Positions 21,001 to 30,753 of a DNA stretch of 64,000 nt are shown here, one piece after another (position 1 is the first letter of the stretch; every line of letters begins with the position of its first letter). The notes below the pieces were generated by a model that did no database searches, was not told the origin of the DNA, and saw nothing but the letters and a program-made list of their open reading frames with translations. Source of the DNA: a virus; IMG/VR virus record IMGVR_UViG_3300030107_006047, positions 8,061-72,060 of that record, one strand, 5' to 3'. The position numbers were made by a program, and so were the translations under genes.

Positions 21001-24000
21001 GGGCGGGCCCGAAGATCCACCAGTGGGCGGGCCAGGAAAAGACACATTCGACGATGTTGGCCCAACAGATTCTCCTCGAGATCTTTTGCCTGCTCCGAAA
21101 TCTTTTGAAGATCAGTGGGAGTTTATTCAGGTTCTCGAATCTCCCAATGGCGGGTATTGGAAAAGGAAGGGAGAGGGTCCTGCGGTCACCAGCCCTCTTT
21201 CTCACCCAGAGCTTGCTGGAGGAAAGGGCGCAGACGCGATTACTGTGTTCAGGCATTCTCCAGTTCTTGGGGAAACACCTGCGGCTGCCGGTGACTGGGT
21301 GGGCGCAAGGATTAAGCCCACGGGAGTATGGGGAGATCACTTTAATCCGATAATGCACGCATCCAGGGGTGCGGACCACCCGGCGCTAACCCTTTACAGC
21401 GCTATTGATGGAAATACTTACAAGTTCACCATTGCCGCTACCAGCAGGGCGTCGCAGTCAAAGATAGGTGACGTTCCTGAGATGTATAGGACTTTGGTGG
21501 CAGAGTCTTTGGCTGAGTTCAAGCAGCATTTGGATTCTAATCCAGATGCTGAGTACGTCTTTATTCCACAAAAATCCAAGATGAAGATTGCTTATAAGCC
21601 ATCGGGACAAATAGCTTTTCGCGACCAGGGTTACCCTGAAAAGACCTTCTCGTTCTACAAGAAGTGGGCAAGAGATCTTGGTCTTGAAGAAACGACAGCC
21701 TGGTATTACCCGGAAAAAGGGAGCTACCGCGAAACTAAAGCGTTTCGTATTCCGTCCAAAAAGCTTGAGAAAATGCAGGAGCAGGCTGCGCTTGCAGCAA
21801 AAGATCCAAGCGTAATTCCTCCGTCTGCTGTTCTTGAGCATCCAAAGCATTGGTCGAAAAAGAAAGTAGACTTCATTGAGTCTTGGAGGAAGTGGGCAAA
21901 AGAGAGCGGAATGGACCCGCTGATTTCGAAAGTTTCCGAAACATTCATGCAGATCCTTCCGAATCGGGCGTTTGAATATCACAACCTTTATTTTCACCCG
22001 ACCAGTAGACACCTTTATGGCTCACAAGCATCTGCCAGAGGAAGCGGTATAGACAGCGGCATCCCTTACGCAGTGAAGCTGTACTTTACGTCGAAAGCAA
22101 TCAAATACGACCCAGAAACTTCTCCTTTGGCAAAGATGACGAAAGAGGAGATCGCTGAGGATGCACGAAAGTCCTTCCAGGCTTGGAAAGACGACAAGCT
22201 AGCAAAACGGAGGAAAGAAAAAGGTCTTGATCCGCCAGGATCAGATGACTATCTTGCTGCCAATTCAGATCTTAGGGCGATTGAGATTAATGAAATCATA
22301 GAAGTGCTCGGCCCTCATGTTGCCGAAATAAGCCGAAGAATGTCGGAAAGGAGAGAATCTGGCGCGAGAGTGCCGGTTGAAGATGATCCTCATTGGCAGA
22401 TTGACACTGACCACGCAAAATACTGGGGCGTATCAAATGCTGGAGAATGGGTTGAGAACCAAGTTCTCCAAACCGGCGTCGCCGCCAAAACGACTGATGT
22501 TGGCTATAATCCTACACTTATAAGAAGGGCTGTAAGGCGAGCAAGCGACGCAATTGCGCAGAGCGAATACAGCCTAATCAAGGTAGCGCATACGTTTGTA
22601 CACGAGATGACGCATGTCCTTCACTACTCAGTTCTTTCAGAGAAGGAACTGAAGGCCCTCAGGAGAGCATACGTTCGTGAACGAGATGCGGGGTTTCCAA
22701 ATTGGAGAAGAGCTAGAGATTTTAAGAAGGATTTGAAAACAGAAAGCGCTTTCGGTGAATGGCTTGCAGACACTGTTTCAGATTATTGGATTACCGGAAA
22801 CGCAAGCAGGCACGGTTTGTTTACCAAGGAAGAGGCGGGGCTTCTTCAATCAGCCATCAGAAGAATGGCTCACTGGTTCAAACAACTATTTGGTTGGAGG
22901 AGCCAGACCATTCGGGGAACGGCACCTCTCGATACGTTCCCAGAGGAGATCATCGATCTTCTTGAAAGGCTTACAAAACAGGCGCTTGAAGGCGAAGAAG
23001 CTAAAGCGGGATGGGTTGATGAAACGGTAGAAATTAGACCAAAATCAGAGCTTCGTAGCTGGTACTCAGAAGACCTTGGGCCTGTTGCGTCTACGCGCCG
23101 TACAGGCCCTCCGCGCCGTGGAAACGAGATTCCTCGTAAGGATTGGGACGAAAACTGGCAAGACAAGCCCGCGATAGAATCTGCGCGGTGGTTGAGAGAT
23201 CAAGTAGATAACGATCTTCAAAAAGCAGTATTAGACAAAGTCATAGAAAGCCTGGACGAAACAGGCACAGATCCAAGAAGCACGTCCGTAAAGACGTACT
23301 TGTCAGACCTCCCTGGATTATCTGGTCGGTATCATCCCGACAGGGGTTGGGTTTTGCTCGACCCGGCTCGGTCATCTTGGCAAGAAGGTGGCATGGTTCA
23401 GGTGGCAATCCATGAATTAGTGCATGCGGCTACTGTGGGTAAGATTGAAATCTACCCGGACTCGATCCAGGTGAAGAGGCTGGACCGTCTCTTTGATGAG
23501 GCTAGGTCACAGGTTTTTACTCCTGCTCACAAGACACGTTCTTATGGGTGGAATGACCGGCTGGAGTTTATTGCGGAGGGTCTTTCAAATCCTAAGTTTC
23601 AGGATGAGCTTCGCTCTATCAAAATCAGCGATGAGCTTGCTTCAGAGCTTGGGATTGCAGATCCAAATCTCTGGGAGGGCTTGGTCGCTATTATTAGACA
23701 ACTCTTGGGTCTAGGCGAAAACGACCAGTCAGCACTCTCAGGTCTTCTGAAGGTCACAGACGACATCGCCCGTATGGACATTGAGCCGAAGCGCTCTATG
23801 AGCTGGATGGATAGGTCTAAATACGAGCCTCCGCCACCCGCAAGGATGGAAGAGATTCTTGACACGATCTTAGACGAAAAGTCAGCACAACAGGCGGCCA
23901 CTGCTAACGCCCCTCTTTGGGTAAGATCTATTCAAGAAATGCCAGAAGAGAGGGCGCTTGACGCAGCCGAAAGCATTGCTGCGAACTACGCTCCTGTTGG

Positions 24001-27000
24001 CTCAAAAGAGTACGAAGGCATTGTTTCATACATTGTGACAGGGGGACGAGAGGGAAGGCTGAACAGAAAAATCTTGGCTGACTTTGAACCAGGAACCCCA
24101 GCATCGACTCCATCAACAGGGCCGACTCCAAGGTGGCGAGTGTTTTACGACACAAAGGTTGAGGGTAAAGACGGAACTACCAAGCTTGTTTCTTCTGCAG
24201 AGGTTTGGAATAGCGCTGACGCAGACGCGCTGTACCACATAATGAAGAGCGGCAACATCTTTATGATCTTCAACAACGGCGGAAAGCTTCTGCGCCGATT
24301 CCTTGGCTCAAGAGACTACCGTCACTTGGTTAGAGAGCTTGATACCAAGGGGGGCCGAGACAGGCTGTCTCCAGATGGAGAGCGTGCAGCCAAGAAAGCA
24401 TTCAAGGCATACATTGAAACAGGCAAGGCAAGCGGCCCACTACTGCCGCTGTTTGATCAGTTGTACCTGAATCTCCAATCGTACTGGCTACGCCTGTCTA
24501 AAGACAGGTCCATTATCGCATCCCCTGAAATTCGAGGATGGTTTGATGAATGGCTTGCCCCAGACTTAAACCTAAGACCCCTTGCTGCTGAGATTACGGA
24601 AAGAGTTTTGACCAGATTCAAGCAGGTCAGAATTGCAGAGCCCGAAGATCTTCTGAAAAGATTGGAAGAGGGCATGGTCGGCCTTATGGGCCGAAAAGAA
24701 GAGTTTTGGCGCGTTCCTTTAGATACGCCAACTGTCAGAAACGCTCTTGGCATTACTGACTACACCAAAGAAATGGATGTCGTTGACGCCTTTTCTAGGG
24801 CTGTTGGGTATGTGGCTGGTGAGCACGCCAGGATTATGTCTGGCGCTGAGAAGATGTTTGACCTGACCACCCGAAGCCACGTTCCTGCAAGCCGGGTAAA
24901 GGCTATCCACAGGGATGCGAATCGTCGCGTTTACCAAGTACTTAATGGAAAGGTCGAGCACGGAACAGGAACAGGAAAGCTTGAAGGAAAGGTGGTCGCA
25001 GTTCTTTCTCCGGCACAAGCTGCATCCTTTAGGGTCTTTCTAAGATCTCTTAGTGCTGAGGCTCTTGGTAATATCCTTCCAATCCACCTTCTTGATGAAT
25101 CTACTGACCTTACCCAAATATCGCTTGCTGACATGAACACCATCATGGAAGTCGTCATTGATATTGAGGCGGGTGTGGCGGCTTCAAGAACGCACTACTC
25201 TGAGCGCATTTCGCCAACCCTCGCTGTTGCGATGTGGAACGGCCTTAAGCAAATGTCGATCAACTCTGAGAAATACTCCGACCTAATGAAGTCAGTATCA
25301 GGTGGAATCCGGTCTCGATTCTCAGAGGCTTCCGATCTTGAAGATCTTGGTCCGTTCCAGCGACAAGTAGTAGAGATGACAACCAGAGAGTTGGGCGGCA
25401 TTCCAAACGAAATGCTCAGGTGGCTTATTGAGTTCAGGAAAGGGAACAAAGACGCTACTCTTCATGAAATGTATCTGGCAATGAAGAACCAGCTAGAAGC
25501 TCCAGTCAAAGTAGAGCTTGTTGAAAAGATTATGGGAAGGCCAGCCACGCCAACAGACAAGGGCTCTAAAGGCTGGCTTGTAGAACTGGAAAGGTTCCAC
25601 GGCTCACTGGAGGCCGACCCAGAAGGGCCCCCTCTTGCGGCTAGCAGGCGAAGGGATGCTCTTTTAGGCAGGGTAGACGATGAGGTTCAGTATGAAGATC
25701 CTACTGGCGGCGACATAGCAGGGTCATTCTTGGACCATGTATTGGAGAACCTTTCAGATCTTCAAAGCATGATGGAGCAAGAAAAGCTGTCTCACCCGGT
25801 ATACGGGCGGCTTGCAGAGGAGGATCATCATTCCCTGCAGATCCTTCAAACCTACAAAGACAAGCTTAAGAAGTTTAGAGAGGGTCAGGAGAAAGGCGCT
25901 CCGAGAGAATCCTTGGATAAGATCTTGTCCGAAGAAGACTTTTCTGCAGTCGAGGACGCCCTTTATTACGTTCTCGACAGAATCAGAAGGCAGAAAGACA
26001 GGATCAGCCAGAGGGCTGTAAAGATTGGTCGCGCTCTTTCTGGTGACACTGACTTTGCCGATTCTATCTTCATGAAGAGTTCTGATGTTCAGGGCGAGTA
26101 CTACGTCATGTTTTATGAAGGCAGATGGCTTGAGATGTTCGAAGCCTTTGGCACAAGAACAGGCATGGCCACTGGCTTCGAAAAGACCAGAGGTAAGGCC
26201 CCAGAAATAGACCCCGGCACCGCGCTTGTTCATATGATTGCAACGCTTAGGGCTGATGAGATTCTCGAGGGCCTTGCCGGAGTGATGGCCAAGTATGGTA
26301 TCGCGAAAGATGTTCGAGAGCTTACTTCTAACTACTCTGCTGCAAGAGCCATTGAAGGGCAGTACAGCGGAATAAACAGGGATCTGTTTCACGGTCGGAT
26401 TCAGTATTACATCGACGGAATACTGTCTTTCCAAATGAGCGCCAAGAGATACCCCTATGCTCCAATGTACACTGCAAAGGCGGGGGATACCCTTGAGAGT
26501 ATTGCTAAATCTCATGGTGTGACAGCTAAGCAGCTCGCCATGTGGAACGGCCTTGCTGTTACGGATCCCTTGGTGGCCGGGCAAGCAATAAGAACAGCCG
26601 ACCATAAGATGCTTTTAGAGCAGCCTCGCGCTCCTTTTACCGAAAAGCTTGCCCCTGTTCTTCCCACAAGAGAAACAAGAAGAGCGAAAGAACGTGGAGC
26701 GCCGGAAGACTTTTACGGCAATGTCCACGATCTTGAGGCTTATACACAAGCGGTAGACATTATCCATAACTGGGGCTTTAAAACAGCTAAGGAAGGGTTT
26801 GAGCTAAGAACGTTGCCGGATGGCAGTAGGGTCTTTGCCCCGAATTCGGTTTGGAAGCATCTTGATAATGCGCTCGATAGGGCCACGGGCGCTGGCACTG
26901 CGCGTGGGGTTGTTGCTCACAGGGTTGATCCTGCTCCGCTTGGTGTGACCGACTACAAATGGTCACCTGATGCCGAACGAAAGATGGCTCTTGGTAGGGC

Positions 27001-28522
27001 TGTTGATTCGCTTCAAAATATGTTCCCCTCCACCTTTGCCAGAATCAAGATGGGAGTGACGACAGGAATCGTTCTTCCGAACCCCGCTTATTTCACTGGT
27101 GTTTTCTTGGGAGCAGGGTTTCAGGCAATGCAAGGCGTTGGTCCTGTTGGGTTCTTTAAGATGATGAGAAACCCAAAACAGACTGGTGCGGTGATTGCAA
27201 GGCTCTGGAAAGAGGGATCTTTTGCGCCAGATGCTCCCCCAATTGTTTCAAAGAACGGTCAGATTTACACCGTTGAAATGCTTGCGCAGCTTGCAGAAGC
27301 TCACGGGTTGAAATCCAGCTTCATTCATGCTGAGACGATGAAGGCGATTGCGTCGGATATTCGTGAGTTCCATCCTGGCTTTTGGAACAAGATGAGAGTT
27401 GGTCGGTGGGCAAAGAACTGGCAGAAGACACTTATCGAAAGCGCCACCGCACTGGATAACTATTGGCGTGTTTCAGTCTTTATTCATGAAATAAGAATGG
27501 GTAAGTCCCCTGCTGCTGCTGCCGAAAAAGCCCGGCTTGTTGGTTACGACTACGCGGCTCTCACCAAGTGGGAGAAGAAGTTCGCCAGAAATACGATCAT
27601 GTTCTACTCGTACATGCGCAAGAACATGGATCTGTTCTGGGACACGCTTCTAACAAACCCGGAACGGCTGATCGGTCAAATGCGGCTCTTGAGAGGGATC
27701 CATACGGTCTGGTTGGATGACGACCCTCAGATTGTATTGAAGGACTATCTTCACGGAAGGCTGCCTACTTATTTCAAAGAGACCACAATAAATACGCATA
27801 AGTACAGCCAATGGATGTTCATCTCACCTCCCCTCCCCATGATGGACGCGCTCAACATTTATATCGACATATACGATCTGATTGCGTTTAGAGACGAAGA
27901 GGCGATGCGAGGGCTTGCCACAAGATCCGCTCCTTGGGTGCAAGCACCATTTGTTATGGCAACAGGAAAAGACATTTTCTGGGACAAAGAGCTAAACGAA
28001 TACAACAAGATTCCGTCATGGTTGATGGAGATGGATCTTGCTTTGACGGGCGGCGGCCTCATGTATGGAGTATTCGGCGCACAAAGAAGGCCCCATAGCG
28101 ATCTTAGCAGGGCAGACATTTCGGGAGAATCTGAACGCGGCTGGTATCACGCAAGGAACGGTAGGGCCTGGTGGATCTGGCGAAACCTTCTGCAGTTTCC
28201 TGGCGCTGGCCGATCTATGGACACCATTTCATATATGGACCGAGCGAACCTTGGGGCTGTCGAGGCTTCCGTCCGTACCGCCCGTTGGGCCAGGAGGACT
28301 GGGGCGGAAAGCGGTTGGTGGTCTGGGGTGCCAGAAATGGGCGAAGGAGACACCATGGGGCCAAGAACCGGCCTTGCGTGGAAAGACGAGTTGGCTGGTC
28401 TGTTTGGGTTCAAGCCTATTCATGTTCCTCAAAGATCACACCAAACGGCTGTTGATAGTATTAGAATGCACAAAAGGAAAAAGCAGGTTTTGGCCCGAGA
28501 ACGTCTATCAGAAGAAGACTAA
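18047..28522 (+). CDS. Giant polyvalent internal virion protein (two zincin-like HExxH motifs, LysM, C-terminal LPD38-like region)
   Basis: 3491 aa; VHEMTH (nt 22601) with downstream EWLAD; IHELVH (nt 23411) with EFIAEGLSNPKFQ; LysM YTAKAGDTLESIAKSHGVT...NGL (nt about 26468-26593); YDY..LT..EK...MFYSY near C-terminus. Confidence 0.8.
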   Translation: MSNGNDDDILLEGMTGFAEEPVLGGGVYRGELDLTGELDTSPAEMFEDVDVVGSIRDFEETYSKAATPVTYIEQEQINDQLREAIEMQLRSTRPGHEDDWYKERVEKRIHDLSFVHANYAPDPPELPSVSFLKNLYQQYPEQLRSTYRPDSSVGRVVSAISTDKTDEQIQELIDKTTVSEWPSEFTWGGGFVNAMQRGLSRRVIEVEAGADKPGSEMRWEHGRKVSREYEAIMDDQGWGAGVARMWANGPSMDENDAYRAGLFLDEDEATARELVVSTGLGMTFGAMVRSKLGYLLPRAGVWGRRTFGLRGAVKGATAGSSGGPIGMTIGAVIGGFVGYGAGKVWGKVDAEEFFKPVPAFPQDEDDDGWFFALPKGLVDLSTRTLVLTGLADSAVVPIMASSNEEADRMRDIIAMSRPSEAWESLVHEYRTARDSGRTSEELREELRPLMGGMVRNVAWADLPDAARHADNLDLETAIEYATANKDVGDINAPKFTFQYFVGLANEGNTGKKGLQRVLHSLPIGQILNHVPQIIVGDESRPGSIPSVDTFIDGVMVAARDTEEAYALTGTDTTRDLATGFAELMLERREVGGTTRYVENTPGKLFRVLSSVPELYMEMRLPFDIPLTPASRDARYNLGIRDPDVGYWANFFSNVETGEMGLARHVTDEMISRGVDRQSWQYRGIATGGVMADWLVYWERPIISGIGMPTRAGLRGYGAWKQYKDNPLRLQAVTAALSPRLYAFRNKVDVQNTQAWANVSRFLGEDTGLEGLQTLKGGKASDGSDVVLGVRESGIVDRMIEAMEQGKSFEDAEASLPTYRDHDWYTVQSHLLSEGVKNGVIKGDDVWAVVPKPMRSQVIQVMAAAGIEPSSAIRALNQYILKARKINLHAMEKLLTEGTPEMIAFRGSDQYKNLRNVLLEAVGSAGGATDHVNISMPKLELQAWIAALDPQRPNIKSMEDYFDALRIELEGAGGPPPTKGPKDPPVGGPEDPPVGGPGKDTFDDVGPTDSPRDLLPAPKSFEDQWEFIQVLESPNGGYWKRKGEGPAVTSPLSHPELAGGKGADAITVFRHSPVLGETPAAAGDWVGARIKPTGVWGDHFNPIMHASRGADHPALTLYSAIDGNTYKFTIAATSRASQSKIGDVPEMYRTLVAESLAEFKQHLDSNPDAEYVFIPQKSKMKIAYKPSGQIAFRDQGYPEKTFSFYKKWARDLGLEETTAWYYPEKGSYRETKAFRIPSKKLEKMQEQAALAAKDPSVIPPSAVLEHPKHWSKKKVDFIESWRKWAKESGMDPLISKVSETFMQILPNRAFEYHNLYFHPTSRHLYGSQASARGSGIDSGIPYAVKLYFTSKAIKYDPETSPLAKMTKEEIAEDARKSFQAWKDDKLAKRRKEKGLDPPGSDDYLAANSDLRAIEINEIIEVLGPHVAEISRRMSERRESGARVPVEDDPHWQIDTDHAKYWGVSNAGEWVENQVLQTGVAAKTTDVGYNPTLIRRAVRRASDAIAQSEYSLIKVAHTFVHEMTHVLHYSVLSEKELKALRRAYVRERDAGFPNWRRARDFKKDLKTESAFGEWLADTVSDYWITGNASRHGLFTKEEAGLLQSAIRRMAHWFKQLFGWRSQTIRGTAPLDTFPEEIIDLLERLTKQALEGEEAKAGWVDETVEIRPKSELRSWYSEDLGPVASTRRTGPPRRGNEIPRKDWDENWQDKPAIESARWLRDQVDNDLQKAVLDKVIESLDETGTDPRSTSVKTYLSDLPGLSGRYHPDRGWVLLDPARSSWQEGGMVQVAIHELVHAATVGKIEIYPDSIQVKRLDRLFDEARSQVFTPAHKTRSYGWNDRLEFIAEGLSNPKFQDELRSIKISDELASELGIADPNLWEGLVAIIRQLLGLGENDQSALSGLLKVTDDIARMDIEPKRSMSWMDRSKYEPPPPARMEEILDTILDEKSAQQAATANAPLWVRSIQEMPEERALDAAESIAANYAPVGSKEYEGIVSYIVTGGREGRLNRKILADFEPGTPASTPSTGPTPRWRVFYDTKVEGKDGTTKLVSSAEVWNSADADALYHIMKSGNIFMIFNNGGKLLRRFLGSRDYRHLVRELDTKGGRDRLSPDGERAAKKAFKAYIETGKASGPLLPLFDQLYLNLQSYWLRLSKDRSIIASPEIRGWFDEWLAPDLNLRPLAAEITERVLTRFKQVRIAEPEDLLKRLEEGMVGLMGRKEEFWRVPLDTPTVRNALGITDYTKEMDVVDAFSRAVGYVAGEHARIMSGAEKMFDLTTRSHVPASRVKAIHRDANRRVYQVLNGKVEHGTGTGKLEGKVVAVLSPAQAASFRVFLRSLSAEALGNILPIHLLDESTDLTQISLADMNTIMEVVIDIEAGVAASRTHYSERISPTLAVAMWNGLKQMSINSEKYSDLMKSVSGGIRSRFSEASDLEDLGPFQRQVVEMTTRELGGIPNEMLRWLIEFRKGNKDATLHEMYLAMKNQLEAPVKVELVEKIMGRPATPTDKGSKGWLVELERFHGSLEADPEGPPLAASRRRDALLGRVDDEVQYEDPTGGDIAGSFLDHVLENLSDLQSMMEQEKLSHPVYGRLAEEDHHSLQILQTYKDKLKKFREGQEKGAPRESLDKILSEEDFSAVEDALYYVLDRIRRQKDRISQRAVKIGRALSGDTDFADSIFMKSSDVQGEYYVMFYEGRWLEMFEAFGTRTGMATGFEKTRGKAPEIDPGTALVHMIATLRADEILEGLAGVMAKYGIAKDVRELTSNYSAARAIEGQYSGINRDLFHGRIQYYIDGILSFQMSAKRYPYAPMYTAKAGDTLESIAKSHGVTAKQLAMWNGLAVTDPLVAGQAIRTADHKMLLEQPRAPFTEKLAPVLPTRETRRAKERGAPEDFYGNVHDLEAYTQAVDIIHNWGFKTAKEGFELRTLPDGSRVFAPNSVWKHLDNALDRATGAGTARGVVAHRVDPAPLGVTDYKWSPDAERKMALGRAVDSLQNMFPSTFARIKMGVTTGIVLPNPAYFTGVFLGAGFQAMQGVGPVGFFKMMRNPKQTGAVIARLWKEGSFAPDAPPIVSKNGQIYTVEMLAQLAEAHGLKSSFIHAETMKAIASDIREFHPGFWNKMRVGRWAKNWQKTLIESATALDNYWRVSVFIHEIRMGKSPAAAAEKARLVGYDYAALTKWEKKFARNTIMFYSYMRKNMDLFWDTLLTNPERLIGQMRLLRGIHTVWLDDDPQIVLKDYLHGRLPTYFKETTINTHKYSQWMFISPPLPMMDALNIYIDIYDLIAFRDEEAMRGLATRSAPWVQAPFVMATGKDIFWDKELNEYNKIPSWLMEMDLALTGGGLMYGVFGAQRRPHSDLSRADISGESERGWYHARNGRAWWIWRNLLQFPGAGRSMDTISYMDRANLGAVEASVRTARWARRTGAESGWWSGVPEMGEGDTMGPRTGLAWKDELAGLFGFKPIHVPQRSHQTAVDSIRMHKRKKQVLARERLSEED

Positions 28523-28588
28523 TATGGAACATGGTCTGCAACGTGCTATTATTTTTTCGATTTCTCATCCCACTTAGGAGATTCTTTC

Positions 28589-29059
28589 ATGTCCCAAATT
28601 CCAGAAATGATGGGTGGCCGCACCCTCACTCACGACATCCCCACCACAGGCGACCTTCAGATTGTGGCCGGAAAAGGCCTTAAGCTTTCCGGTCAGACTG
28701 CGATGCTGACGGCCCTGGCAGGGGCTACCAACCTTCTCTCATTCAAGGGCGAAGGCATCACTATGGCTGCTACTCATACCTTGTTGGTTACGGGAACCGC
28801 TGCTGCAAACCAGACTGTCATCACATCTAACTTTTTGATTGTTGACCCTACTGACAACAGAAACCTGGACCTTCCGGCTGAGGCTCTTTGCACTGGACTT
28901 CTCCTGGTCATCTTTAGCGCTGCAACCCCAAGTTCTTCTGAGACAATTACACTTCGTAATGACGGTGGAGACACAATCGCTACGATTGAAGAAGCCGAAG
29001 CTTGCTTGGCTTATTGCGACGGAACCACTTGGCGTGGACTTGTTGGCGGCGCAACCTGA
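28589..29059 (+). CDS. Small structural/fibre-associated protein
   Basis: AGGAG RBS; LDLPA...GL...ETITL...YCDGTTW beta domain resembling the C-terminus of 13397..14107. Confidence 0.6.
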   Translation: MSQIPEMMGGRTLTHDIPTTGDLQIVAGKGLKLSGQTAMLTALAGATNLLSFKGEGITMAATHTLLVTGTAAANQTVITSNFLIVDPTDNRNLDLPAEALCTGLLLVIFSAATPSSSETITLRNDGGDTIATIEEAEACLAYCDGTTWRGLVGGAT

Positions 29060-29091
29060 TTTGTGCTCATCACTCTCTTTAGGAGGCCGTG

Positions 29092-29526
29092 ATGGCTGAT
29101 CAAGGCTTTATTGTAAACGACGCAGAAGTAACTGCAATCGGCACAGGCTACGCTTCAGGCAAGGCTATTCTTCTTCATGAAGACTCGGCTATGGACGCAA
29201 AGTCTAAAGCTATGCCTGGTGCCTGCTACTTGTCTCACATTGAGCTTCAGCTTGATGAAACAAGTTCCACGGTTGCGGAAGTGTCGTGCTTTCTGACCTG
29301 GGATTCTTCTGGAGACGATCCAATTACTGCCGAGGCCGCAGGTCTTTCTGTTCATGCTGGCCTTACAGACACTAGCCTTAGGTTAGTGTCTGTGGCCATG
29401 GATGTTTGGATTACCGCGCCCGCGACACAAACGTCATCCGGCAAGGTTTATTTGTTTATGAAGTGCGACGCAGGAGCAGTAACTCTTAAAAAAGCCCGCT
29501 TATATTGGGTGATTCGGAAAGGTTAG
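29092..29526 (+). CDS. Hypothetical beta-rich virion protein
   Basis: AGGAGG RBS; in late operon. Confidence 0.6.
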   Translation: MADQGFIVNDAEVTAIGTGYASGKAILLHEDSAMDAKSKAMPGACYLSHIELQLDETSSTVAEVSCFLTWDSSGDDPITAEAAGLSVHAGLTDTSLRLVSVAMDVWITAPATQTSSGKVYLFMKCDAGAVTLKKARLYWVIRKG

Positions 29527-29529
29527 ACT

Positions 29530-30390
29530 ATGGGTGGGTTTTTCAATCGGTTTGATGCTACAAGTTCCAGTATTCGAGCAACAGACCTTGAGGTCGATGG
29601 AACTACTGTTGTTGTAGATGAGACCAACAATCGGGTTGGTATTGGGACGGCTACTCCGGCAACACAACTGCATGTTTCTAAAGACACTGACGGAGAGTTT
29701 GTAGCTCTAAAGCTCACAAACGAGTCGGATGCTAACGATACGACCGGAAAGGTCAGCCTTCAGTTTGATCTTGAAGATACAGGCGGAAATGCTGTTGATT
29801 CTGCAAAGCTCTTGGTTTCCAAAGAAGCCGCGTTCACCGCAACAGCTTCTACTCAAGACGCCAAGTTTGAGCTGCAGCTTTCAGAGAACGGAACCCTTGG
29901 AACCAAGTTTACTGTCGAGTCGAGCGGAGATGTTGTCATTCCTGGCGACATCGAAATGACGGACAGCAGTGCGATTGTTGACTCCAACAACTCCAAGCTT
30001 TTGAAGTTCTGTTCTGTTGGCAGCGCCGTCAACTACGTTGAGGTTGAAAACGCAGCAGACGGTACTGCTCCTGCAATCAGCGTGCTGGGAGACTCAACCA
30101 ACATCACAATGTCCTTGAAACCCAAGGGAACTGGCGGTGTGAGGATCTTTGGGTCTACTGCCGCAGCAGCGTCTCTTCTTCTCAACGAGGATTCGGACAA
30201 CGGTACGAACTTTATGAAGTTCCAGGCCGCTGCGAACATCGTGTCTAACCACACCTATACTTGGCCTGCCGCAACGCCTGCTGGGGATAGCATCCTAAAA
30301 ACCAATAGTGGTGGCGACCTTTCATGGGTTGACGAGGCTCCGCCTCCAAACGACCTCAACTTAAATCTTCACATGCAAGTTTTTTCATAG
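29530..30390 (+). CDS. Tail fibre-like protein
   Basis: NRVGIGTATPATQLHV, LKPKGTGGV and YTWPAA...LKTNSGGDLSW fibre motifs. Confidence 0.7.
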   Translation: MGGFFNRFDATSSSIRATDLEVDGTTVVVDETNNRVGIGTATPATQLHVSKDTDGEFVALKLTNESDANDTTGKVSLQFDLEDTGGNAVDSAKLLVSKEAAFTATASTQDAKFELQLSENGTLGTKFTVESSGDVVIPGDIEMTDSSAIVDSNNSKLLKFCSVGSAVNYVEVENAADGTAPAISVLGDSTNITMSLKPKGTGGVRIFGSTAAAASLLLNEDSDNGTNFMKFQAAANIVSNHTYTWPAATPAGDSILKTNSGGDLSWVDEAPPPNDLNLNLHMQVFS

Positions 30391-30399
30391 GATCACGCA

Positions 30400-30753
30400 A
30401 TGGCTACAATCAGTAAGGAGCTTCTTAGCGGAAGCACCCAGGGCAAAGGAATCAAGGTTACGGGCACTAACACTGGTGCTGCTGTTACTGTTCACACGGC
30501 GGTGAGCGGTACAACCGACATTGATGAGGTTTGGCTGTGGTGCGCCAACCAGCATTCTGGTGCGGTTGAGCTAACTATTGAGTGGGGCGGGACAGCCGCT
30601 GACGATTTAATCGTTATCGATATCACTGAGGACGCCGGTCTTGTGCAGATCGCGCCGGGCATTCCCCTTCAGAACAGCCTCGTTATAAAGGCGTTTGCAG
30701 CCCAAGCGAACGTGATCAACATCTTTGGATTCGTAAACAGGATGGACATCTGA
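30400..30753 (+). CDS. Small virion protein (paralog of 32669..33055)
   Basis: DEVWLWCAN...ANVINIFGFVNR. Confidence 0.7.
   Translation: MATISKELLSGSTQGKGIKVTGTNTGAAVTVHTAVSGTTDIDEVWLWCANQHSGAVELTIEWGGTAADDLIVIDITEDAGLVQIAPGIPLQNSLVIKAFAAQANVINIFGFVNRMDI

Noticed and set aside
18047-28522. Virion RNA polymerase or tape measure call for the giant ORF
   Set aside because: I recognised no polymerase catalytic motif and no tape-measure periodicity, and there are no tail tube or chaperone genes; a divergent polymerase cannot be fully excluded without HHpred
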